DNA from: Octopus sinensis
Lineage: Eukaryota
Assembly (NCBI RefSeq): GCF_006345805.1
Contig: NC_043002.1
Coordinates: 6,944,001 to 7,008,000 of the forward strand
Direction: 5' to 3'
Length of the DNA stretch: 64,000 nt
Shown here: positions 36,145-49,415 of the stretch, piece after piece
How positions within the stretch are numbered: position 1 is the stretch's first letter
Layout of the letters: the number at the start of each line of letters is the position of its first letter
Notes under the pieces: generated by a model
Told to the model about the DNA's origin: nothing
Database searches by the model: none
The model's input: only the letters and a program-made list of their open reading frames with translations
Program-made: the position numbers and the translations under genes

Positions 36145-37227
36145 AAATTGCTTTGATTAAAACCCTTTCAACATGGAAGTATCCAAAGATCATTTAAGGC
36201 ACATATAATTCTTTATGATTACAATAAAGGTAACTCTGCAGTCGAAGTGACTCGAAACATACACTCAGTTTATGGGAAAGTGCTTGAATGAAAGAACTTG
36301 CAGGAGATCGTTTGCAAAATTGAAGATGAAGATCGAATAGGATGTCCAGTTGAGTTTGATGATAAGCTCCTTGAGGCATTACTTGAAGAAAATCCGTCAT
36401 TATCAGTTGAAGAATTGGCAATAAAGCTTACTTCAAACCATACAACAGTTCATCGTCATCTTCAACAACATGGAAAGATTCTTAAACTTGGAAAATAGGT
36501 GCCTCATGTATTGTCCGAAAGCAACCGCAAATCTCGAATTGACATCTGCTCTTCTCTCCATTCTCGCAGACTCATTTCACCCTTTTTCGATAGACTTGTG
36601 ACGAAAGATGGATTTTCTATCGAAATGTTAAACGCCGTAAACAGTGGCTTGGTAAAAGGGAAAATGCTCAACCACACCCGAGAAGGGAACTTCATGGGGA
36701 AAAGGTTCTACTCTATCTGGTGCGATTGCAAAGGCGTAATTCACTTTATATTGTTACCACCTAATGCAACAATCAATGCTCAAGTCTACTGTCAGCAATT
36801 AGAGCGTTTGAACCAAGCTTTGAAAAAAGACTCGCTTTAGTTAATCGAAAACGAGTGATGTTTCATCAGGACAATGCGCAGCCCCACACTGCAAAGATCA
36901 TATCACAGAAGATCGAATAGGTCGGTTTGGAAAAATTTCTTCATCTAACTTATTCTCCCGACCTTACTCCTTCAGGATACCATTTGTTTCATAGTTATAC
37001 AGAATTATTAGGGGGACACAACTTTCGCAAGCCAGGAGGACATTTCAGAGTTCTTCGCTTTGAAACCAAAAGAGTTTTATATTGAGGGGATTATAAAGCT
37101 TGTAAATAGATGGAAGCAAGTCATAGATAATCAGGGAAAGTACATTGATAATTAACTTTCAATTAAATATAACATTTGATCACTTGGATTCTTTATCTAA
37201 AATTTGGCCAGAACTTATGGGAAGACT
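36145..37227 (+). mobile_element. Mariner (DD34D) remnant, same family as 50952-52090
   Basis: MEVSKDHLRH, WVPHVLSE, FHQDNAQPH, HLTYSPDLTP-like motifs; degenerate right TIR CAGAACTTATGGGA. Confidence 0.9.
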
Positions 37228-37236
37228 CGAGATATA

Positions 37237-37965
37237 TACACCGGCGAAAATATATTTAAGACTAACGATAAAAGTTCTATTTCTTACAAAATATTTTGTT
37301 ACTAACACCATACAAATTATTTATATCTTTTACACCTTACGCAAAATTTATTTCTCTTTCGAATGATGCAAATAATTTTTATACAACTTGAAGAATTTTA
37401 ATGCTAAATTAACATATATTTCTTTACTGCCCACAAGGGGCTAAACATAGAGGTGAAAAACAAGGACAGACAAAGGGATTAAGTCGATTACATCGACCCC
37501 AGTGCGTAACTGGTACTTAATTTATCGACCCCGAAAGGATGAAATGCAAAGTCGACCTCGGCGGAATTTGAACTCAGAACGTAATATAAACGTTTCAAAT
37601 TTACCGGCAAAATTAGTTAAAGACCATGTAATATGTATGCAATTTTTTTTACCAAAATGGGTGGTCACACAACGAGCCTAAATGCACCATATAAAGTTAT
37701 AACTTAATGTTATTATACAATTTATTAATAATGGGAAAACAACGTAGCCTTAGTCCAGTCACGAGAGCAAAAATCGTATATTACAGCAAAAAGTTTCCTT
37801 TTCGAACATCAGCAAGCAACTAAAGTGCAGTAAACCGGCTTGCGTGCAAAGCGTGGAAGTTATACTCGGAGATTGGTCAATATAAAGATCGGCAAATGAC
37901 TAGTAACAATATTTTGTAAGAAATAGAACTTTTATCGGTCTCAAATTTATATTCGCCAGTGTGTA
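37237..37965. mobile_element. Fold-back/MITE-like unit containing a SINE A (37417-37583, minus) and a Tc1 5' remnant (MGKQRSLSPVTRAKIV, about 37732-37880)
   Basis: Inverted arms of about 65 bp at 37237-37304 and 37901-37965. Confidence 0.6.
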
Positions 37966-37967
37966 TG

Positions 37968-38002
<35 letters not shown>

Positions 38003-38228
38003 GTATATAATACGAGAATTTTAATGGAGATAACCTGCTGTATATAGAACAAAATTTTTGTCTTCGTATATGAGCTAAGCATTAGTAAAATGTGGCATAC
38101 GATAAAAATTTCGGATATTTGTCTTAAAACATTCAGACAAGAAAATTCAGATGTAGCACATGAGGTATTATTCCATACGAATATACACATATTTATGTTA
38201 AGAGTTTCATGATAAAAATATAGAAATA

Positions 38229-38787
38229 TTAGGTTGTCTGGAAAGTTCGTGCCGATTTATAGTAGCTTAGTATTCGACTTATTTTAGAACATGTTTGAGT
38301 CCATAAAATAGGATTTGACTACACCTCCATTTAGAGCACAGTTTAAGCTATCTGTTCGTGGAAGAAGGTTTATGTTCCTATAACCGGTGTTAATTCTCCA
38401 ACCCTTTAATATGAGAAAGTTCATTTTCGGCACGTGATGCTTTGGGAACTAGACAAAAATTTCTGCAGCTCGGCTGGGGTGTGTTACCCCCACCCTCCCT
38501 ATTCCCCAGATATTGCTCCTTCGGATTTCCACTTATTCAGGTCTCTGCAGAAAAGTCTTAATGGTAAAAATTTCAATTCCTTAGATGACGTAAAAGGATA
38601 CCTTGACAAATTCTTTGCCTTGAAACCACCCCAATTCTGGGTAGAGGGTATTTTCAAGGTAAAGGAAAGATGGAGACGTATTGTGCAACGAAATGTTTCA
38701 GATTTGGTTGATTAAAAATGTAATGGCAAGTATTTAGTGACCTTTACTTTCGTTTAAAAATCGGAACGAACTTTCCGGACAACCCAA
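38229..38787 (+). mobile_element. Internally deleted non-autonomous mariner with both TIRs
   Basis: TA|TTAGGTTGTCTGGAAAGTTCGTGCCGATTT ... AAATCGGAACGAACTTTCCGGACAACCCAA|TA; PHPPYSPDIAPSDFHLF motif. Confidence 0.92.
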
Positions 38788-39028
38788 TATAAACATAATG
38801 AAATACGAATATAAACATGAAAAATAAAAACCTAAATTGAAAGAGGCGATTAAAATGTTTTTCCTAACCTGCTGCAGAAATGTGGTTGTACGAAGTATTC
38901 GAAATTCAGCCCTCCTTCCTTAGAGTTCCTTTCTCGAGGTAATATCCAACAAAAATCAGTAAGACACTACATGGGAGTGTTCAGTTGGTGAAAGTTCAGC
39001 TTTTGAATATCGAAGATGTTCTGCATTT

Positions 39029-40655
39029 GATTCTTTATTACCCAGGAGGGGCGACGCAGAGCGGACATTACAAAACATTAGGGACATAGAACATAATAAT
39101 TAAATTTATGAAGAACGAATTTTTAAATGAAAAAATGATAATATGAAAGTGATACTAACGGCCCCATCCGTTAGCATCACTTACCTGTCCCTTGGTTTTC
39201 ACTTTCACTCAGATGTTCATTCCCAATAATAAAACAATTCTTCTCTATTCTTACTTCAAAATACTCCTCCATATTTTCCACGGATTCATCACTCATTCTT
39301 GTCTCTTTCACCTCCCAATTCTCCCTTTCACACCTTGTCATAAACTCATCTATTCTCTCCTTTTCAATCACTGCATACCTGGTCTCACCTATTTCATACC
39401 ATTTATACTCTTCCATTACCCTTTTAATTTCTTTCTCTTCTGTCATAGTATAAATGTTCGACCTGGGTTCGTTTTCTGTGTGTTGCTTTTGCGTGTTCTT
39501 TTGTTTTCTTGTTGGAGGGGAGCGGGTGGGTTCACTGTCTGCAGGGATAGGGTGGGACTCAGAGGGTGTGGGTGGTGTTGGGGTGGATTGGGGTTCCATG
39601 TTTTCTTTTCCTCTTATTCTCCTCTTCCTCTTTTCCCTGGCTTCTTCCCATTCTTGTGAATTTTCTTCTACTGTCTCCTCCTCTGGTTTCTGTTCTTTTT
39701 CCGCCTCTCTTTGTGGCTCCGCATCCATTTCTTTCTCTGGGGGAGGGCAGTTAGCTCTTATGTGGCCCCTCAGGCCACACTTGTAACAACGTGGAGCTCT
39801 GCCCTCCACCCACACTCTCATGATTACGTCTCCCAATCTGATGTTTTCTGCTAGGTCCACCAGTACATCATCCTCTGCCTGCACATTTAGTTCCAGAGTC
39901 ACGCCTCTCCAGCCTCGGTCTTTACGGAGGCATGGAGGATGTCCACTTCATCCTCGTGGCCGCTGATTATAGCCGCCACAATCCACTCGGCTTCGACGTT
40001 TGGGGGAATTCCCTCGACCCTCATTCTGGTAATTTTTCTATGTAAATATGTGGGCAAAAGGAATACCCTCTCGGATTTCACCGCCTTCGCCGCCATCTTC
40101 CTTGCTGTATTCTCACTTTTGAACTGTACTACCACAATACCATATTTGAACCTCTAGTCAGAAGATTAATTTCCTCTTCCGTTCTTCTTAGCGCCTCCTC
40201 TATCCACTCCATATTCACCACTTCTATCTTTCTCTTTCCGCTTGCGTATACCCTGTATGTGATGGTCCTTTTCTCGTACCATTCTTTTCTCTTTGGTGGC
40301 GGTGACAGTTCCACCTCACCGCTGTCCTTCTTCATATACTTCTGGAAACTTGGCAGCTTGGCCAAGTCCACCCCTCTCTCTTCCGCCTTCTTAGTCACTC
40401 CGGCATAGGTATAACCCAGTTTCTGGTCCATTTTCCTCACTGCTTCTTCTAGTTCCTCCTCAGACGTAGACAAGTCTGATAGAGACTCAAAAACTCTTGC
40501 CGTCTCTCCCATCAGGGAGGGGCCGTCCTTGTCTGTCTCAACACAGACAGACAAACCCCGCGCGACCGTACAACAAAATACGTTTAACAAAATTTACGTG
40601 TAACGCAGTAACAAAATATGAAAAAATGAACTCACGATAAATAAGTGTTTTCGAG
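39029..40655 (-). mobile_element. ORF1-only (half-LINE-like) retroelement with TSD
   Basis: Gag/ORF1-like frame with two frameshifts and the knuckle CYKCGLRGHIRANC. No EN/RT follows. Stem-loop at 39149-39180, AATAAA at 39039-39034. TSD TATCGAAGAT(G/T)TTCTGCATTT at 39008-39028 and 40656-40676. Confidence 0.8.
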
Positions 40656-41218
40656 TATCGAAGATTTTCTGCATTTTTTCAAGAGGATTACAACGTTTAA
40701 ATAAGAAATGAAATTCACTGAAAGGTTGACTTTAGATTATCATGCAAATAATGGCCAATGGGAATATTCCACTCTCTACTATAAAAAAGTGATTTAAGAT
40801 TACAGGTTTGTGCATAAGTGTTCATTGGATCTAGTCATATAATTGGACCGTATTTTCAGAAAGCTTTTATAGTCTAAAAAATTATATTTTAAAGTTTAAG
40901 AAAATTATAAGACGCTAAGTATTTTTGCTTAAAACATACTAAAATGCCTGTACTTTTTTATATAGGGAGGAATAAATGAATTCTTGTATCCCCTATATCT
41001 AATTTTAAAATTAGTAGGACTCTCCATATAAATTTCCTAAGTCCGGAGCGTTAAAGTAGTAAACCTGTTTGCTGTTTAGACACCCGTTTTCGTCTTTTGT
41101 TCGTTTCTTTTGTAAATTCCAAATATATATGTATGTATGTGTGTGTATGTATATATATATATATATATATTGATTTCGTAGACAGGAATGAAACAAATCG
41201 ATCGTATATATGTGTATG

Positions 41219-43928
41219 TGTTTTGGTATTGGCAACATGAATGACAATGGCCAGAGACTACTTGAATTTTGCACATACCATAACCTGTGCATCACTAACA
41301 CATTCTTTGCCAACAAGACATCCGACAAGGCATCTTGGAGACATCCAAGATCTCACCACTGGCATCAGCTGGATCTCATCATTACACGAAGACCCTTTCT
41401 GAATTCTGTTCAACTGACCTGTAGTTACCACAGCGCGGATTGTGACACAGATCATTCACAAATAAGAAGCAGGTTGAGGATTCTGCCTAAAAAGTCCATC
41501 ACTTCAAGAAAATGGGCCGACCACGCATTAACACTGCCAGAACCTCCGACCCTGCACTGCGACAATGTTTTTGCTGATTCTATCAAAGTTGCCCTCAGGA
41601 GCTGCCCAACCAGCACTGCTGAAAGTAGGTGGAATTATATCAGAGAAGCTTTGTATACCACATCAATAGATACTTTCGGCATGAGAGAAAGGCAAAACCC
41701 AGATTTTGTTCAGTGCTGGGCTCTCAGAGCTGGAAACAGCTATCGAAACAAAGCGTGCAGCTCTGATGTAATACAAGAGTGATTCTTCTATAAAGTCACT
41801 CGAAGAACTCAGAAAGGCAAGAAAAAAAACCCAACTGACTGCCAGACGCTGTGCAAATAGGTATGGGCAGGAAATCTGTCAGAGTATTCAGTCAGCTGCT
41901 GACAGTGGCGACACCCGTGGGATGTATGGCGGTTTGAAGAAGGCCCTCGATCCATCCGCAGCCTAGTCAGCCCCTCTGAAATCAACTACTGGAGATCTCA
42001 TCAAGGACCAAAGCAAGCAAATAGATAGATGGGTGGAGTACTACCAGGATCTCTACTCAGCTGAGGCTGCAATCGAGGGTGTCAAGATATTGCCAGTCAT
42101 GTGTGAACTTGACAGTCTGCCATCTATAGCAGAGCTCACCAAGGCTATTGACTCCCTAGCAAGTAACAAGGCTCCGGGAAAAGACGGCATCCCCTTAGAG
42201 ATCATCAAAACCGGCAAAAACACCATCCTGCTTCGGCAGATTCATGAGCTTCTGTGTCAGTGCTGGGAAGAGGGTACAGTCCCTCAGGATATGCGGGATA
42301 CTAACATCATTACGCTTTACAAAAACAAAGGTGACCTTGGTGATTGTAACAATTACCGTGGAATATCTCTTCTAAGCACTGTTGGAAAGGCCTCTGCTCG
42401 CGTTATCCTGTCCAGGCTGCAACTGCTTCCTTCTCGAATTTATCCAGAATCGCAGTGTGGCTTTAGAAGAAGCAGATCAACTATTAGCATGATATTCTCC
42501 ATACGCCAACTTCAAGAGAAGTCCTGAGAGCAGAAGATGCCATTATATATGGCCTTCATTGATCTGACAAAGGCCTTTGACTTGGTAAGTAGAAAAGGCC
42601 TCTTCATCCTGCTCCAAAAAATCGGATGTCCACCAAAGCTGCTGAGGATCATCACATCTTTCCATGATGATATGCAAGGCACCATACAGCACAATGGTTC
42701 AACATCAGCCGCCTTCCAAATAAAAAATGGAGTAAAGCAAGGTTGTGTTCTTGCTCCTACATTATTTGGCATCATCTTCTCGCTGCTGCTGTCACATGCC
42801 TTTGTGACATCAGATGATGGAATGTTTCTTCACAGTAGAAGTGACGGGAAACTGTTCAGTCTCTCGCGTCTGCGTGCCAAGACCAAAATCAGAAGCGTCC
42901 TGATCAAGGAGATGCTATTTGCTGATGATGCCGCTCTGGTATCACACACAGAAGAAGCCCTACAAAGGCTCATCAACTCTTTTGAGCAAGCATGTGGCAA
43001 CTTTGGCTTATTTATCAGCCCCAAGAAGACCAACATCATGGGTCAGGCTACATCGACCATCCCAAACATACATATTGCAGACCACAGACTACAGGAGGTG
43101 CAAAAGTTTACCTATCTTGGCTCTACCGTCACCTACAACCTATCTCTTGATACTGAGCTCAATATACGCATTGGCAACGCAGCTACTGTGATGGCCCAAC
43201 TCTCCAAACGGGCATGGGACAATAAGCTGACCAAGACCACAGAAATGAAGATTTACCAGGCATGTGTACTTAGCACTCTACTGTATGGAAGTGAGACTTG
43301 GACGCCATACACACGCCATACGTCGCCTAAATATCTTTCACCTGCGCTACCTCCGGAAAATCCTTCGCATTAAATGGCAGAATCATGTCCACAACAAAGA
43401 TGTCCTCAAGCAAGCAGGAATACCAAGCATTTTTACACTCCTCACACAAAAACGTATGAGATAGCTTCGACATGTTAGTCGTATGGAAGATGGCTAAATC
43501 CTCAAGGACATGCTCAACGGAGAGCTTGCTAGGGGCACTAGGTCTGTGGGAAGACTGTTCTAACGATACAAGGATGTTTTCAAAAGGGACATGAATGCCT
43601 GTAACATCAATATTACCAACTGGGAAGCAGTTGCCAGCAACCGTGGAGATTGGCGACGTCCCGTAAAAGAGGTAATACAAAGGAGTGACATAGAGGGGGA
43701 GGAGAAATGGAAAGACAAGAAAAGACGTCAACACGAAAGTATGACATTACAACCAGCCAGGCAAAGTCTTCGATACATTTGCGGCACCTGCCAGAGGGAG
43801 TGTTTGTCCAGGATAGGACTACACAGCCACAGCAGGAGATGTATTAGGACATGAAATGTAAAAGCCGGACTAGATTATTTTATGCGCAACTCCATTGTCT
43901 CCCTAGACAAAAAGGATGCCAACAACAA
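41219..43928 (+). mobile_element. RTE-clade LINE, 5'-truncated and frameshifted
   Basis: APE C-terminus (HWHQLDLII..ADCDTDH), RT (NYRGISLLS, FIDLTKAFD, GVKQGCVLAPTLF, FADDAAL), C-terminal finger CGTCQRECLSRIGLHSHSRRC, CAA tail. Confidence 0.95.
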
Positions 43929-44179
43929 TATATATGGATTTCGTAGACAGGAACTGAAACAAATCAATCGTATATATATGTATATATGCAAGTGTATGTG
44001 TGTGCCTTTGTGTCTGTGTTTCGCCCTCATCACTGCTTCACAACAGCTGTTCATTTATTCACATCCACAAAACTTACTGGTTTCACAAGAACAAACTAAT
44101 GGAATAAGTACTAGGCTATGTCTCATATTTTTGTTTGCCCACTCAGTTGTATCTATCAATTTATCTTTGTGTGTGTGTG

Positions 44180-44202
44180 TGTGGTGTGTATCTATATCTA
44201 TA

Positions 44203-44247
<45 letters not shown>

Positions 44248-44302
44248 TATATGTATATATATATATATTATATGTATATATATATATGTATATATATATA
44301 TG

Positions 44303-44347
<45 letters not shown>

Positions 44348-44361
44348 TATGTATATATATG

Positions 44362-44407
<46 letters not shown>

Positions 44408-44408
44408 G

Positions 44409-44462
<54 letters not shown>

Positions 44463-44463
44463 T

Positions 44464-44536
<73 letters not shown>

Positions 44537-44580
44537 ATATATATATGTATATATATATATATATATAATATATATTATAT

Positions 44581-44658
<78 letters not shown>

Positions 44659-44679
44659 GTAATATATATATATGTATAT

Positions 44680-44758
<79 letters not shown>

Positions 44759-44775
44759 TGTATGTATATATATAT
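44180..44775. repeat. Long (TA)n microsatellite
   Basis: Read directly. Confidence 0.95.
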
Positions 44776-45827
44776 AAGCACCCTAATGGGAGCCTTAACT
44801 CCCAAATTTTAGTCATTTCTTTTATGATCCAAAACTAGGTCAAAAGTACTGAATGGATCTTTATGAAATTTAGAAATTATATTCTATGCATAAGGGCCAT
44901 AACCCCCATGGCAATTCATATATTTTCGCTGCTGATGAAATTTTAACCATACATATTAGATACAAAGGAAGTCATATTTATAAAATTTCATCTTCTTACA
45001 AAGTTAGAAAGACCCCCTCCATGGGGACGTAACACCCACAATTTTGTCATTTTATCTAAGCAAAAACGAATACAGTTGTGCTCTTGGAAGCTGTAGGGTT
45101 AACCGAGCATAAAAGTTGGGCATTATTTTTAATTCAATGGTACAACAAGGTAACAGTTTGCTTTGACATACACTTACATTGTGATTTCTGCAATGTGGTG
45201 CATAAATTGTTAAGTAAATTAGAGGCATCTTTGTCTCCACTGATTCAGTTGCAAAGTGTTGAGTAAAGTTATTTGATTGCAGACCTCCTTTCAGTCTTTT
45301 TATTATCACTCGGTCACACATAGTCCCCAGATGGTAACATTGATTTCAAGGCCTTCCCAGATGAGTGACTGTTTATTCAAAGACATTGATAGATTTTAAA
45401 TTCATTCTGTCCAGTTACGTATCAGTATAGTGGCCATTTGCAAACTCCAGAGGTGACACTTTAATTTCTCCTAAGCTCTCACGTCACGCAGTTGTTAATG
45501 TTGATTTCAGTTGAGTCATGCTCTTCCAATTGCTATAGATTCGTAATGCATCTTACAACTGTACCTGTCACATGGATGGTGAGGAATCCTACATCGGGAG
45601 TGGTAACGACTAGGGTAGGGTAACTGACTGCTTATTCTGATCATTCGTCTTTTGGTTTCCATGTGGCACGATTACAATTTTTTAGGGCGTGTAAAGAGAG
45701 AAATAACCCTCAACTGCAATTTTGATGAAATTCGAAACATAGATATTCCAGTTCATTCAGAAAATATAACAGAAATGTCTAATTCTTCAATTGAATGTAA
45801 CCGGGCAACGCCGGGTATCTCTGCTAG
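44770..45827 (+). mobile_element. Non-autonomous Helitron-like element
   Basis: 3' signature CCGG-GCAACG-CCGG hairpin (45801-45814), then CTAG (45824-45827) followed by T. The 5' boundary is approximate. Confidence 0.55.
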
Positions 45828-45954
45828 TATTTAAATCCTGGGTTAGAGTATCTTCCCCTATAGTCTACTTCATCAACAGTTCACCTGGAACTGAGCAATA
45901 ACAAAAGTAAGATAAGATTATCAAAAGCGCAATCGTAACCTAGTTGTTATGTAC

Positions 45955-46256
45955 TGCCATGGTCTAGTGGTTAGAGCAGCGCACTTGCAGTCGAGGGATC
46001 GCGAGTTCGAATCTCAGATCGGGCGATATGTGTGTTTATGAGCGAAACACCTAAGCTCCACGCGGCTCCGGCAGAAGATAATGGCGAACTTCTGCTGACT
46101 CTTTCGCCACAACTTTCTCTCACTCCAGCATCTTGCAGCTCACCTGCGACGGACCGGCGTCCCGTCCAGGTGGGGAACCTATAGGTCAAGGAAACCGGGA
46201 AACCGGCCCTTATGAGCCAGGTGTGGCTCGATAAGGAATAAACAACAACAACAACC
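45955..46256 (+). mobile_element. SINE family D variant with (CAA)n tail
   Basis: tRNA-like head GGTCTAGTGGTTAGAGCAGCG...GAGTTCGAATC. Confidence 0.85.
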
Positions 46257-47221
46257 AACTACAATTCGGCTCAAAATAAGGACAAATATCACTTTTTAAA
46301 GCCCTGTGCTCCAGATTATATTGACCAAAGTGACGTCCTCTTGTTTTAGATAGGAGAGGGTGATTTGAGGAAAGTGTGCCGGCTATTCTGAGTAGTTAAA
46401 GAGACTCCGTCGAAGATTCTTGCTTAGAAATCATTTAGATATACTTGTTTAATGATGAGTTGTGTAGATTCACTTGAATGAAATGAGCATTAGCCAGTAC
46501 CCCATTACTCCAGCTACGTTAGTCTTTAAGCATTGTTGTTGTAGTAAATTTTATTGTTTAGGCCCAGGTCAATCCTGAGACGAAACAGATCTTTGATCAA
46601 AAGAGATCTGTCAAAACCAACCCAATTTATACTTATTTAGAATACGTTATCCAATATACTATTTTTAAGGGAGAGTTTACGAAAAAAAAAACAAAAGACG
46701 AAGACAAGTGGTGTACAAAACAAAGAGATGTATTAGTATAACGCTCAGGAATTGAAAAAGTCTTTTACGTTTCGAGCCTACGATCTTCTACAGAAAGGGA
46801 CACAGAAAAAAACAAGGAGAGAAATAAGGAGAGAGAAAAATGTGTGTAGTGGCTAACGATCTATCTATTTTTAAGACAGTACTATGGGATGCGAGTTTTG
46901 GGGTGAGAGTTTTGTAGGTCGTCGGAACACGCAGAAGCTTTCCTTGCTGTCAACAACTTAGTATTATGATTCAGTGTTCAGTGCAAATAACGAAAGAATT
47001 TAGCTCTCACGTTGCCGGCGTTTCTACATAAGATTATGTAATAAATTACTTTTGCTTCCAAACAGAAATGCTATCTTGCTACTTAGTGACGAAATATGAA
47101 CCATTGTAATTGCAACGCGGGATATTTTTAAATCAGAAACCTCTATTATTGTTTTTTTTAAATTTGTTATTTTTGCTTTGGCTGAGCATTTATGGCAAAT
47201 TTTCATCGAAATTTAGCTCAC

Positions 47222-47272
<51 letters not shown>

Positions 47273-47773
47273 TCTCTCTCTCTCTTTAGTCTTTATTCTT
47301 TCTGTCTCGCTCTCCTTCTCTTTCTCTTTCTCTCTCGTATACACACACATACCAAACTTCCACACATATACACGCAAACGCATTTCACGAAGCAACTTGA
47401 GAGCTTTTAAGCAATCCCTCGACTTTCTAGAAATAGCAGCCAAATTTCTCTGTATTTTTCTCTCGCCTTTACTCTTTTTCTCCTTCCTTCTCGCTCTCAT
47501 CAGACTGCACCGTTTTTTGTGGTCTGCATTAGAAAACATAAAGCTTTTCATGGTATGATCACGGCTGGAATGCCATTTGTCATAGGTCTCCATGGACCAG
47601 ATTGATCTAGACTCGAAATAGTAGCAAGAAGATATGGGTGGCAAATAAAAAAAAAAATCGACAGACACACAGAATGATAAATAGACAGATAGACAGACAG
47701 AGAGGCAAAGAGGCAGGCAAGCAAGCAGACGGGCAAAAGAGAGACAGGTAGCCAGGCAGACAGACAGATAGAT

Positions 47774-48090
47774 GTAGGATCGCGGTTTCGATTCCCAGAC
47801 GGGCGTTGTGTGTGTTTATTGAGCTAAAACACCTAAAGCTCCACGAGGCTCCGGCAGGGGGTGGTGGCGACCCCTGTTGTACTCTTTCGACCCAACTTTC
47901 TCTCACTCTTTCTTCCTGTTTCTTGTCCCCGACTTCCTACGCAACCGCTGAGCCTGGATGCACATTCATCCATCCGTCGATGCTCTCGGTGTCGGGGGTT
48001 GACCTGCTTTCTCTTCTGCGGGTCTTACGAATAGCAAAGGACCACGTTTCGGACTTCTCCCATCTTGCGAGCTCAACAGCAACAGCAGCA
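47774..48090 (+). mobile_element. SINE family D, 5'-truncated
   Basis: Similar to the reverse complement of 53460-53800. Confidence 0.85.
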
Positions 48091-48676
48091 CAGCATCAAT
48101 GGAAATATTTCCATATCGTTTAACGTTATAAACAGCAAATATGTCGTAGGCTATTATAGTGCGTTTTTTCGATCGGGCAAAAGGGAGAAATTTAACATGA
48201 AGGGATACCAAACTCCCTAGTTTCTAGTGTTTTCGCAAATTTACGATGTACTGGATGAGTTTGCATATCCTCAACAGACACCCTACCTTAGAATACAGAT
48301 GCAAGTTAAATAATGCTATTTTCAGTTCACCCTATGTAGAAATGAGACGGTCTAGTTACGACTGGAATAGTTTTAATGAAACGTCAGTTCATTTAGAACT
48401 GACCTCAGACTAAGCAATAAATTTGAATATCCTGAAAATTAAAGCCGATGTTAGGGAATCTGAATTACAATTTGAAGTGTGTGCTGTACTTCACATAATT
48501 TGGGAGCCTTCTCCACCTTCACTGCTCATAATATTGCTAATATAGGAATTAAAAGGTATAATAATGATTTCTCTTGTATTTGACTGGTGCTTTATTTTTC
48601 GACTCTGTATTGAAAAATGAAAATTTGATCAAGGTGTGTTTGAAATTAAGGGCACAAATGGCAGTTACTAAATAAT

Positions 48677-49170
48677 GCGAAATGATTCGTTCGATGCATG
48701 GATCTTTTCGGTTTGAACGGCAGATTTTTAAAATAATTTCCATGTAACTAAACACTTTTAAACTTCGTATACTGGTAGAATGTGTTTATAAAACATCTTT
48801 TTCTCTTGGCTTTCTTGAAAAAAATTCTGTAGTTTGTAACATATTTGTTCTTTAATTTCTTGCATTTCGGCAATTTCAACCAATCAATGACGTCTATTGT
48901 GGTGAAAACATTCTCTGCCGTAAACTTTTCTGGCGGCGTCATATGGAAATGGCACTCGTTTAAGAAACAGATTGGGCTTATTTACATTTCTGAAAAAAAA
49001 GATACCCTTCCCCCCACCCCTAACCTTAACCTTAACTAACCCTAACCATTGAAATGCAATAGATCGATACTAGGGTCATAATTATGGATGACATTTTCAC
49101 ATGAAACCGCCAGAAATTATTTTAAAAATCTGCCGGTCAAAGCGAAATGATTCCGATGCATTACTAAATC
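48677..49170. mobile_element. MITE-like fold-back with telomere-like hexamers
   Basis: Inverted arms of about 48 bp (48694-48741 and about 49112-49161), inner inverted pair at about 48927 and 49088, and CCCTAACCTTAACCTTAACTAACCCTAACC at 49018-49047. Confidence 0.55.
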
Positions 49171-49285
49171 TACCAATTTGCTATAATTCTTACAATATAT
49201 TGAAATTTTATAAAATGTTGTCAAAGTAAGACTTGAAACGGATTACGGTCTGAACTCGATCTCGCTTTATAGTGTTTACCACCTT

Positions 49286-49415
49286 CTAACATGCATGAGC
49301 CAACGAGATCTTGCAAGTCAGCAAGGAATTACAAGTAATCAAAGGAGCCCCTAACATGCATGAGCCAACGAGATCTTGCAAGTCAGCAAGGAATTACAAG
49401 TAATCAAAGGAGCCC
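49286..49415. repeat. Perfect 65-bp tandem duplication
   Basis: 49286-49350 equals 49351-49415, with CTA microhomology at the ends. Confidence 0.95.

Noticed and set aside
47503-47551. Plus-strand 49-nt exon after a long pyrimidine tract (LHRFLWSALENIKLFM)
   Set aside because: The pyrimidine tract is an extension of a (CT)n region. Too short to assess and no partner exons were found.
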